Below are positions 25,771-38,584 of a DNA stretch of 64,000 bases, piece by piece. Within the stretch, counting starts at the first letter, position 1; each line of letters opens with the position of its first letter. A model generated the notes under the pieces. The model searched no databases. It was not told where the DNA came from and saw only the letters and a program-made list of their open reading frames with translations. A program made the translations under genes and the position numbers. Source of the DNA: Octopus vulgaris (taxonomy: Eukaryota). The stretch covers positions 112,220,001-112,284,000 of the forward strand of contig OX597823.1 in NCBI GenBank assembly GCA_951406725.2, given 5' to 3'.

Positions 25771-27089
25771 GGCGGCGAGCTGGCAGAATCGTTAGCACGC
25801 CGGGCGAAATGCATAGCCGTATTTCGTCTGCCGCTACGTTCTGAGTTCAAATTCCACCGAGGTCGACTTTTCCTTTCATCATTTCGGGGTCGATAAATTA
25901 AGTACCAGTTATGCACTGGGGTCGATATAATCGACTTAATCCGTGTATTTGTCCCCTCTGTGTTTAGCCCCTCATGGTTAATAAAGAAATAGGTATTTCA
26001 TCTGCCGTTAGGTTCTGAGTTCAAATTCCGCCGGGGTTGACTTTGCCTTTCATTCTTTCGGGGTCGATAAATTAAGTACCAGTTACGCACTGGGGTCGAT
26101 ATAATCGACTTAATCCGTGTATTTATCCCGTCTGTGTTTAGCCCCTTGTGAGTAGTAAAGAAATAGGTATTTCGTCTGCCACTACGTTCTGAGTTCAAAT
26201 TCCGCCGGGGTCGACTTTGCCTTTCATTCTTTCGGGGTTGATAAATTAAGTACCAGTTACACACTGGGGTAGATATAATCGACTTAATCCGTCTGTCTGA
26301 CCTTGTTTGTCCTCTCTGTGTTTAGCCCCTTGTGGGTAGTAAAGAAATAGGTATTTCGTCTGCCGTTACGTTCTGAGTTCAAATTCCGCCAGGGTTGACT
26401 TTGCCTTTCATCCTTTCGGGGTCGATAAATTAAGTACCTGTTATGCACTGGGGTCGATGTAATCGACTTAATCTGTGTGTTTGTCCTTGTTTGTCCCCTC
26501 TGTGTTTAGCTTCTTGTGGGCAGTAAAGAAATAGGTATTTCGTCTGCCGTTACGTTCTGAGTTCAAATTCCGATAGGGTCGACTTTGCCTTCCATTCTTT
26601 CGGGGTTGATAAATTAAGTACCTGTTATGCACTGGGGTCGATGTAATCGACTTAATCCGTGTGTTTGTCCTTGTTTGTCCCCTCTGTGTTTAGCCCCTTG
26701 TGGGTAGTAAAGAAATGGGTATTTCGTCTGCCGTTACGTTCTGAGTTCAAATTCCGCCAGGGTCGACTTTGCCTTTCATCCTTTCGGGGTTGATAAATTA
26801 AGTACCAGTTACGCACTGGGGTCGATGTAATCGACTTAATCCGTGTGTTTGTCCTTGTTTGTCCCCTCTGTGTTTAGCCCCTTGTGGGTAGTAAAGAAAT
26901 AGGTATTTCATTTGCCGCTACGTTCTGAGTTCAAATTTCGCCGGGTCGACTTTACCTTTCATCCTTTCGGGGTCGATAAATTAAGTACCAGTTACGCCCT
27001 GGGGTCGATGTAATCGACTTAATCCGTGTGTTTGTCCTTGTTTGTCACCTCTATGTTTAGCCCCTTGTGGGTAGTAAAGAAATGGGTAT
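25771..27089 (+). repeat. Head-to-tail array of seven family N SINE units
   Basis: gtatttc unit starts at 25819, 25993, 26167, 26351, 26535, 26719 and 26903 (periods 174,174,184,184,184,184). Only the first unit has the ~48-nt 5' head. Confidence 0.92.
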
Positions 27090-27362
27090 GGCTGTATATG
27101 TTCGTATTTCTGCTGAAAGTATGGAATTGGGATTGATGTATATATTTTGTCTTTTATTTGTTTCAGCCATTAGACTGCGGCCATACTGGGGCACCACCCT
27201 GAAGAATTTTAGTTGAATGAATCACCCCCTTTACACTGTCGATAACTTTTGCCAAACTGCTAAGTTACAGTGTTGTTGACACACCAGCACCAGTTGCCAA
27301 GTAGTGGTGGAGACCAAACACAGACACAAAGTCACACACACACACATACATACATACATACA

Positions 27363-27394
<32 letters not shown>

Positions 27395-28117
27395 AACATA
27401 TGATGGCTGTCCCCTCGTCATCGAGTGTGGCCATTGCACGAAGCTTAACTGTTACTGGTGTTGTGATCGAACGTGACTTTTTAGCCCAGCTAAAGATCTA
27501 CAATGTCTTGTACAGAATTGGCAGCTAAAACCTTTACCGGCCAACGGCCGGCTGTAGTTGTAACTGGGCTGCATGTACCTTTGCATGTCATTTGAGTCCT
27601 CCTGCCAAATTACACTCTCTTCCACATGCCCGACAGATATGATTAGTATGCATACCTACCTACCTACCTACATACATACATACATACAACAGGCTGCTAT
27701 CAGTTTCCATCTACCAAATCAACTCACAAGGTTTTGGTCAGTCCAAGGCTATAGTAGAAAACTCTATGCAAGATGCCACACTGGGAATGAACCCAGTATC
27801 ATGTGGTTGGGAAGCAATCTTCTTACCATAGAGCCATGCCTGTACCTATATAGCCATGCCTGCATCTATATGGCCTTTGCCCGTATTTTAAAAAAAACAT
27901 AAAAATTTATTTCTTTGTATGAGTTTTATAAATTTTTAATTTCAGTAATACTAGAAAATATTATCCCTCTACAACTATACAATTACAAAAATTCATACAT
28001 TAAAACCTAGTACTATCTCTTAAGCTTGTAATAAATTTACTCATTAATAAACATCATTACTTAAATCAATTCATTAAACTATCACAGAGACACACAATCA
28101 CCATGAATGCAACTTTC

Positions 28118-28546
28118 GGATCTTTTCGGTTTGAATGGCAGTTTTTAACATAATTTCTAGGCAACTAAAATTTTAAACTTCGTATACTGGTAGAATGTGT
28201 TTATAAAACATCTTTTTCTCTTGGCTTTATTGAGAAAATTCTATAGTTTGTAAGATATTTGTGGGGTTTTTTTCTTCAATTTCTGCAATTTCAACCAATC
28301 ACTGACGTCCATTGAGGTGAAAAACATTCTGTGCCGTATGAATATGTCCGTCGTTTAAGAAACAGATTGGGTTTATTTACATTTGTGAAGAAAATAAGAT
28401 ACCCTTTCCCCCACCCTTAACCCTAACCGTAACCCTAACCCTTAAAACAGATTGAAATATAATAGATCGATACTAGGGTCATAATTACGGGTGACAATTT
28501 CATATGACACTGCTAGAAAAAACTGCCTTTCAAACCGAAAAGATCC
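28118..28546. mobile_element. MITE with 29-bp TIRs and 8-bp TSD (Merlin- or hAT-like)
   Basis: TIR ggatcttttcggtttgaatggcagttttt versus its right-hand copy, 1 mismatch. TSD caactttc at 28110-28117 and 28547-28554. Confidence 0.88.
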
Positions 28547-29359
28547 CAACTTTCAATTAAAACAGGCATTTACAAATCAAAGTGCCACCAAAATGCATCA
28601 TGCTATTCCAAAGACAAGCATATATGTTTTTACCTGATGATGGGGGCATTCTATGGATTTGAATCTTAAGATTTATATGTAATCTGAGTGAATGTACTCA
28701 TGAAAGAATCATTGGAGCACCATATTTTCCTCTAATATGTTACACAAAACTGTTTTCAACACCTATTACTCTGTATTATATTTTGAATTTTACAAAACGT
28801 CTTCTTTCTATATTCCATTATTATTTTTATCTATATTCCATTATTATTATTTTTACATATCTATATATGTCCATGCATATTTTTAGCATTCATATATTTT
28901 TATTTTTTTAATATATTAGCATATGTTTCAGATTGGACAATTCTTATTTTATCCTAATTAAACCCCATATATGAATGTGTTAATCATAGTCTGCCTCATC
29001 TGAACTTATTCTATTGTACATGTCTAGGACCTCCGGTTTAACTTGAGCATTTCCATGCTATCTATTTTTTACTTATTATCTTATATTAAACTTTTCAATA
29101 CTTTTTGATAGTTATATATATTTAAAAAAAAAAGGTTAAAAAGTTTAAAAAATTTATTAATTTAAATTTTTTAAAATATTTAAAAAATATAAAAATTTAT
29201 AAATATAAATTAAAATTTTTAAATTTAAATAATTTAAATTTTAAATTTTATATTTTATATATTTTGTATATTATATTAATTATTTTCATTTTTATGTTTT
29301 GGTTTATGTTTTTCACTGTTTGATTTGCCTAATAGTCGGTTTTTATCTCTAATTTAATT

Positions 29360-29398
<39 letters not shown>

Positions 29399-29400
<2 letters not shown>

Positions 29401-29860
29401 GAGCAACCCCACCCCCGTCCAATGGACGGTGCTGAGTTGTCAAACATTTAAACCAAATTTTCTCAAAACAACTTGTCTGACCATCCCATAGGCCTGCCCT
29501 TTGAGAAACACTGATTTAAACCTAAATTTGAGACACCAGCAAAAGAAGAAATAAAGATAGACTTTTTTCCTATTACCCCCCAAAAAATGATTTTGTTCAC
29601 ACAAATATGCAGCCAAAGAGTTTAAAGTACCTTAAGTACATCGCAACAGCTGATGTACTTGCACGTACAAATGCACGTTCCCACGGCTTTATCGATTGCA
29701 TTCTCACCTGGAATCGATTTTTGTAATTTTTTCAAGACTTATACATGCCCTGATACCGTTGGTATCTACATATCAAATTTGAGCGCAATCAGATGGAGGA
29801 TGCCCGAGATCCTAGAAGACACACAGACAGACAGACAGAACAGATTTTATATAATATATA
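29399..29860 (-). mobile_element. Non-autonomous Helitron-like element
   Basis: Subterminal hairpin ccgtcc-aat-ggacgg at the left end; (GACA)n plus ttttatata at the right end, organised like 51774-52162. Confidence 0.55.
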
Positions 29861-29880
29861 TGTATGTATATGTATATATA

Positions 29881-29916
<36 letters not shown>

Positions 29917-30001
29917 TGTATGTATGTATGTATGTATGTATGGATAGATAGATAGATAGATAAATAGACAGACAGACAGACAGACAGATAGATAGATAGA
30001 C

Positions 30002-30057
<56 letters not shown>

Positions 30058-30079
30058 TGACAGACGGATAGACAGATAA

Positions 30080-30141
<62 letters not shown>

Positions 30142-30145
30142 GGAT
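29860..30145. repeat. (TATG)n-(GATA)n-(GACA)n microsatellite
   Basis: Directly visible. Confidence 0.9.
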
Positions 30146-30709
30146 ATGTTTATATCAAAGGACATAACTTTTAACTTACTCCTTGCTTGGTTCATTTCAT
30201 CATCTTTTTCACAGCAACCACACACACTGGATGTGTTTGTTCACTTCAACAATAGAGAGCAGTCGCCATATTTCATTCCATAACTGCCATCTCTGAAGAG
30301 CACAGCGTTACATAATTGGAATGTTACCTAACACTCCACCAAGCCTCTAGCATGAAACCAAGAGGTAAGATTGGCCATGATGGATATATAATACCGTAAA
30401 CTTTGATTAATATATATAGTTGTAATAATGAAGTCATATTAAATAGTGATGTTTTGAAATGATTTGATACCTTCATTTCAGGTTTTCATGATATATAACA
30501 GTGCCTAGCAACAACAAGCTTCACCACTAGACCCTAGATTGGGGCCAACACCAATCCTATGAAACTTGGAATATCAATCCACTTTTACACCTTCTGAATT
30601 AGCTATCTTAAAGCCAACACTTCAATAGGCAAACCTTCATTTGCTTAATTCCCAGATTAAATTGTCCATCCTGGCTAACATATATATACATACATACATA
30701 CATACACAT

Positions 30710-30745
<36 letters not shown>

Positions 30746-30827
30746 ACTAATGCACACACATATGTATGTATGTCTCTATGTATATATATATATATATACA
30801 CACAGACAGACAGACAGACAGACAGAC

Positions 30828-30859
<32 letters not shown>

Positions 30860-31286
30860 ATATAGATAGAGAGATAGACAAACATATATTGACGTACATA
30901 TATGTGTGGGGGAGGTGGGGGCGTGAAAGTATGAGTCTTGGTTTTCCCGTTGTCTCGTCCTTGTCTTTGCAGAGTGTAAACATCAGACTATGTCTGCTAG
31001 CATCTGCAGACACCATCTCATAGTCAACCATTGAGCTATATGATGTTTGGAAAAATCAGGAGAAATCATGCATTACGAAGAAATAATTCATGGCTGGCAA
31101 TCAAAGAAAATCCACAAAAAGCTTCACTCTGTAAGATTCATCTTTATCCTGCACCTGTAAGCATGGAAAAATTGGACATTAAAACATTGATGAAAATAAA
31201 TATGTATTGCTCTCACTACATACACAGTGACCTCACTGGTGCTGGTGCTTAAAAAAACAGAGGCATCGAGTACACACTTTAAGGTG

Positions 31287-31548
31287 TATCATCATCTTCA
31301 TCGTTTAACATCCGTTTTCCATGCTAGCACAGGTTGGACAGCTTGACACGGGTCTGGAAAGCCAGGAGGCTGCACCAGGCTCCAGTCTGATCTGGCAGTG
31401 TTTCTACTGCTGGATGCCCTTTCTAATGCCAACCACTCTGTGAGTGTAGTGCGTGCTTTTTACATGCCACCGGCACAGAAGCCAGTCAAGGCGGCGCTAG
31501 CATCGACCACGTTTGGATGGTGCTTTTTACGTGCCACTGGCACTGGTA
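31287..31548 (-). mobile_element. SINE family B
   Basis: Homologous to 4898-5135; a diverged plus-strand copy follows at 31560-31700. Confidence 0.75.
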
Positions 31549-31988
31549 TATGAATTTAAAAGGGCATCATGCAGTAGAAGCCATGTCAATGAAGGCAGGG
31601 CATCAGAATACAGTCCTGACACCCCCCAGCATCTGTCAAACCATCCAACCCATGCCAGCATGTGGGAGAGATTTTAACAGGTGATGATGATGACGATGAT
31701 ATAAAATACATAAAAAATATATATATACACACACTTGTATGTTTATCTGACTACTTTACATTTTACAGTTTTTTTTCACTTTTCCTTCTCTTCTCATCTC
31801 ATCTCTCGTTTAAAAGACATTTTTCTTAGATTTTGTTGCTTTAAAAGTTATGTTCTACTTTCTCTGTTTCTGTTATTTCATTGTTGACACTTCAAACAGC
31901 AAAATATATAAATATCTGTGAAAGTAGACCTTCTACCACTTCTCTCGCTCCTCTCTCCTTCTCTCCCTCTCATTCCTTCTCTCTCCCC

Positions 31989-32047
<59 letters not shown>

Positions 32048-32351
32048 GTATGTATATATATATATGTATATATATATACATACATATACATATATATATT
32101 AATATATATATACATAAACAAACACACACACACACATACATAGATAAATATGGATATAAATATATATATATATATATGTGATATACAAATTATACATATA
32201 CACATGCATACATACCAACATATATGTATGTATATTTATTTATATACATGTATATATATATAGACACACATATATACACACACACATATATATACACACA
32301 TATATACACACACACATATATATATATACACACATATATATATACATATAC

Positions 32352-32382
<31 letters not shown>

Positions 32383-32687
32383 TACAAACATATACAGACA
32401 CATACGTATATATACATATACATATATACACACACATATATACATATACATATATATATACATACATGTATATATATATATTCATACTTTTTCTCTCTAA
32501 ACCTCATTTTTTTCTCTCTTTCTCTCCACCTAAACATTGTTAAAACCTTACAACTTTGAGGAGGAAAGGAACAACAAAGAAATACACACACACATATACA
32601 CACTCTAAAATGAAATTGTTTGAATCACACACACACTCAGTCAGACATGTGGAGACACATGCATATACACACACATACCTATATAAA

Positions 32688-32736
<49 letters not shown>

Positions 32737-32893
32737 ATATATATGAGTTTATACATACATATATACAGCTACACATACACACATACACATATATATATAT
32801 ATGTAACTATATATATGTATATATATGTGTGTATATATATATATAATGTTTGTGTATATATATATATGTATATATAATGTGTGTGTGTATATA

Positions 32894-32938
<45 letters not shown>

Positions 32939-33072
32939 TTATATGTATATCAGCATATAAAAATATACATGTATGTACATATACATATATATATACATAC
33001 ATATACATACATACATACATACATACATATACATACATAAATATATATACATACATACATATACATACATAC

Positions 33073-33138
<66 letters not shown>

Positions 33139-33337
33139 GTAAATGTATGTATATGTGTATACGTGCATCTTTTTATATCCATATATATATATTTATATAT
33201 GAGTATGTATGGAAACACATGCACAACAACAACAAATACACAAAGACTACAACAATAATAGAGGGAATACTGATGAAGAATGAAGAAATATGGTGTATTA
33301 TCAGTAAATGCATAAATATAAATATAGAAATATTACA

Positions 33338-33686
33338 TGGTGATGATAACGACGGAGACGATGATGACAATGACGACAACGATGAGAACGATGACGACGA
33401 CGACGATGATGATGGGGATGATGATGACAACGACGGGAACAAGGATGGTGATAAGGATGATGATGGTGATGATGATGACAATGATGATGATGATGATGAT
33501 GATGATGACGATGACGACGATTATGACAATGATGATGATGATGACAGCGACGGCAACAAGGATGGTGATAAGGATGATGATGGTGATGATGATGACAATG
33601 ATGATGATGATGGTGATGATGATGACAATGATGATGATGATGATGAGGATGATGACAATGAGGATGATGATCAGGATGATGATGAC

Positions 33687-33745
<59 letters not shown>

Positions 33746-33822
33746 CAGCGACGGCAACAAGGATGGTGATAATGGTGATGATGATCACAATGATGATGAT
33801 GATGATGACAATGACAATAATA
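33338..33822. repeat. (GAT)n microsatellite with higher-order duplicated blocks
   Basis: gacggcaacaaggatggtgata-like block recurs three times inside the (GAT)n run. Confidence 0.85.
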
Positions 33823-34732
33823 ACAAACACAGCAACAACAACAATAACAGTACTGCAAACAGAAATGAAAAAGCTAAAATAAACCCAGCACTCTACACAC
33901 AGGCATCACCACCACCACCACCACCACCGCCACTACCATCACCTCCCACACCTGTGTAGCAAAGAAACCATAAACCAAAATTATGAAAAAAAAAAAAAAA
34001 AAGAAAATGCAGAGTTAATACAAACATAACAATAAGAACAAGAAGAAGAAGAAGAACAACAACAACAACAACACAGACAACAACGAGAGCAAGAATGACG
34101 ACATTAACACCATAAACAAACAAAAAGGAAAAAAAGTTGTGCAGAGGAATAAGAAATGAAGAGATATGGAATAAGGAATAGAATAAATATAAATAAAGTA
34201 AATAAAAATCAAGCTAAATAAAAGAATAAGAAGAGAAAGAGATAAGAAAGAGGGGAGTATAAATACAAACACATACATTTACATACATACATACATACAT
34301 ACATATATCTATATATATATATACGTATATATATATATATAGATACATACATACATATATATATATACACACGTATATATATATATATAAATATATACAT
34401 ATATATATATAAATATATATACACACAAACATTAATATATGTATATATATATATATATGAAGAAATATTATGGCAAATCACTCAACAGTATTCCAGTGCT
34501 TTGGCAGAAATATATATATATCTTTGGTTAGGAAAACACAACTTTCTGTGATTGTCTCTTAAAATTCTTGCTTCATCCATCATAGCCATTTCGTGTAGTA
34601 ATGAAGCATCAGAGAAGAAATATATATTTATATGTAATTATATAATAATGTATATGTGTATTTGTGTATAATATATACATATATATATATATATATGTAT
34701 ATATATATCATCATTTAAAGCCTGTGTTCCAT

Positions 34733-34796
<64 letters not shown>

Positions 34797-34812
34797 TACA
34801 TATATATAACAT

Positions 34813-34903
<91 letters not shown>

Positions 34904-34909
34904 CATATG

Positions 34910-34955
<46 letters not shown>

Positions 34956-35508
34956 CGTATATACATATATATATCTATGAATATTTACATATACATATGT
35001 GTGTGTGTCTAATTGTGTGGATGTGTTTATATGCACTGTGACAAAATATATCCCTTTGTTATGTCTTTCTGTGAATTTGTAATAATATTTACACAGTATA
35101 AGCACTAACACATACAGACACACACACACATACACACCCAATCATATACACACAATCTCACATATACCCTCTCATATACATATGCATGTGTATGCTTTTA
35201 TCCATGTATAGTTGCTCATGTACTCATGAATTCACTACTAAATACATGTATGCTACTCATGCACATGTAGTTATGCTTACCAACCGCCAGTACCTCTAAT
35301 TCCTCCAAGACCATAACCACTGCCGACATCGCTGCCACAACATATACATTTATGCACATGGATATCTACATTTTAATACATACATACATACATACATGCA
35401 TATGTTTATACTTACATATATGCACACACACACACACACACACACATACACACATACATATGTATATACAAATATTTGTATTTCTACACTACATAAAATG
35501 AATACAAA

Positions 35509-35548
<40 letters not shown>

Positions 35549-35667
35549 AAGACACCTACACATTTACTAATACATATACACACACCTATATACATGATAT
35601 ATGTGCATATCCCACATACATATACACGCATGTATGTGGAATTTATCCATGTTCATACATGTATTGA

Positions 35668-35775
<108 letters not shown>

Positions 35776-36764
35776 GATGTATATATATATATATATATAT
35801 ACGCATACATAAATATATACTCACATACATAGATATAAACACATAGTCACACTAAATATCTTTGTCATAGTTGTGTAAACAAATAACAGGAAGGAAGGGG
35901 GGTTGGGGGTGCGTATAAAGAAACGATTTGAGTACAAAAGACAAAAATGATGAAACGTAAAATATAAATACAAAAGAAACAAGAACAAAATATTACAAAA
36001 GAAAATAATTTCCAATGATGACGGCGATGACAACCACAACAACAGCAATAACAACAACAACAGCAATAACAATAGCCATAACAAGAACAGTTTCAGAAGC
36101 ATTAACAACAACAGCAATAAGACAGAACATAAGTCAACAAGGACACACATACACACACACATGTATACACACATTATGTGAAGCACACACATACATAAAC
36201 ATACATACACATACATAAACTTCCTACCCGCTCTATTCTGCAGAAAATAATATATTGAAAACAATATCAAGAAAAATGAGTGTGTAATGACTGAGAATTG
36301 TTAAGAATGGTAAGAAGAGAACAATAATAGAAAAATGTCCATAATAGACATGTAAGCGCCGGACAGTTGTTCATTAAGTCAGGCTGCTCATCAGTTTTCA
36401 TTTCAAATGACTCGTGTCCATCCAGCTTTTTGAAGCCAATCACAATTTTCTATTCCCATTTGACTACTTCAATAGTCAGCCTTTAATAATCATCAACATA
36501 TTGCTTTCTTCATCGTAATGTTTCTCTTGTACTTTTCTTCCTGTCTTTTGTTCTTCTTTCCCTGTAGGTTGTTTTGTTATAATTTTTCCTTTTGTTATAT
36601 AAACTTACACTTTCTTTTAGTTTAGTCTAGTGCATGCATGCGCATATATATATATATATATATATACTCAGAATAAGGAGCTATTTCTAGCACTAGAGTT
36701 AACCACTTAACGGTAACTCTCTTATATTTACGTATATATATATATACATAAGTATATAGATATA

Positions 36765-36825
<61 letters not shown>

Positions 36826-37095
36826 CTATGTGTGTGTGTGTGTGTGTGTATCTATATGTAGGTATGTATGCAAGTCGTTTTACTGAAGGGGTGCATAGTT
36901 TATAGTGGTCACAGTTATGGACATTGTTTTCATCTACATATTTAACATACATATATATATATATACATATATATATGCATACACATACATATATATATAT
37001 AAGCATATACATACACATATATATAAGCATATACATACACATATATATAAGCATATACATACGCATATACCTATATATATAAATATACATACCTA

Positions 37096-37133
<38 letters not shown>

Positions 37134-37134
37134 C

Positions 37135-37165
<31 letters not shown>

Positions 37166-37373
37166 AGGGCATCAAGCTATAAAAAATATGTCAAAGCTGA
37201 CTCCAAACATTGCCAGTCCTCCCAAACCATCCAACCTATACTAGCATGGAAAACGTGCATCAAATGATGTTATATTTATATATCCCTTAGTTGGCTGTAT
37301 TCGCTACCTCTAACTTACTATCTTCATATATAAGTCAAGATAGAAAATGTTAAAATAATTTTATAAAAAAACA

Positions 37374-37415
37374 TTTCAGTACCGGTTTCAGTCATTGACA
37401 CTTTTTCAACTGTAA
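37374..37415 (-). ncRNA. Minimal hammerhead-like motif with U3-A8 covariation
   Basis: Minus: cag TTGAAAA agtgtcaatgact GAAA ccggT A ctg. Stem I cag/ctg, stem II agt/act, palindromic stem III ACCGGT, GUA site. Confidence 0.6.
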
Positions 37416-38540
37416 CAATTAAATAATTAAATTTAGAAAAATTAAACGAAAAGTTTTTTTTAAAAGAATCTTTGTATAGTGTTCAAATACAAATGGCATT
37501 TTCCTTGTTTCTGCCTCTCTCTGTCTCTCTTGTTTACTCTTGTGGGTTTGAGGTCATTGTGAATTCTTGGTGCATACTCATGCATTCTTGTGTGTGTGTG
37601 TATGTGCGTACGATGAACTCAATAGCTTATAAAATAGAATTAAGAATATAAGTTTATTAAGAGTTGCAATTTTGTTTCTGTTGATAAATTTAAGAAAAAC
37701 CCAACTATCATAGGAACACAGTTATTGCTCAGTAAACAAGTCACCAATAAGCTTTTATATATAATATGCATAGATACATAGATTCATACATACATGTGCA
37801 TGTGGTCACATGTGTACATACATGTGTGTGTATTAAACTAATATTTAGCGGAAGCATCAGAGTGACTAAAAAGCCAAGAGTATTATACACCAAATGTATA
37901 TATATGTGTGTGCAAGTGAGTATATATGTATTCTGTTCTGGTTGTTCAGTAATTTTTTCTCTTACATCCTTTTGGTAAATCTGAAGCAAATAAACTAGAT
38001 GTCCCAATTGGGGTCAGTTTATATATTATATGCTGATTGTTTTTTAAGAAGTGTTGTTAATTTGTTCTGATTAGATTGCCATTTTTATCATGGGATTATT
38101 CTGTGGCCAATAACAGCCTTTAATTACAGAAACTAAATGATTTTCTGATTTCAGTTACACCATTTTTCCTACATGATACATGTTTGGTGATCCCTTATCT
38201 CATTTCTATATTTCATCTGATCCATCTACTTTGATTTCTTGCTTGGAACATGTAGCAGATCATCCAGGAATGTTACCTTTAAAAGGCTAATGTTTTATTC
38301 TAAAGCGGAGGGATTTGTCCCTTAGTTGTCCCAAACCTTGAATCCAGTGTGAAATCCAGCCCTTACAATCATGTTGCGTATTGAGGTCACTGCTTGGAAG
38401 CGAACTCAAAATCTTGGGGTTAAGAGCGCAGGCTACTAACTCCAAGATTCCAAGTTTGATTCTAGGCAGTGACCTGAATAACAATAATAACATCGAAAAT
38501 TAACTTAGGAATGAGAACCCAAGTTCGAAATTTCCCCAAC

Positions 38541-38584
38541 ACACCTGATGAAGGCTGGAGAGTATATCAGCGGAAACGTTGTGT
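38541..38584 (+). ncRNA. Minimal hammerhead-like motif
   Basis: acac CTGATGA aggctggagagtatatcagcg GAAA cg T T gtgt. Stem I acac/gtgt, stem II gctg/cagc, stem III reduced to a short palindrome. Confidence 0.5.

Noticed and set aside
25771-27089. CRISPR-like regular array
   Set aside because: Whole units are repeated with no unique spacers, they are SINE-derived, and the context is eukaryotic.
32973-33959. 328-aa ORF with a long poly-Asp tract, resembling an acidic biomineral protein
   Set aside because: It is a (GAT)n microsatellite, open in several frames on both strands, with no signal peptide or splice context.
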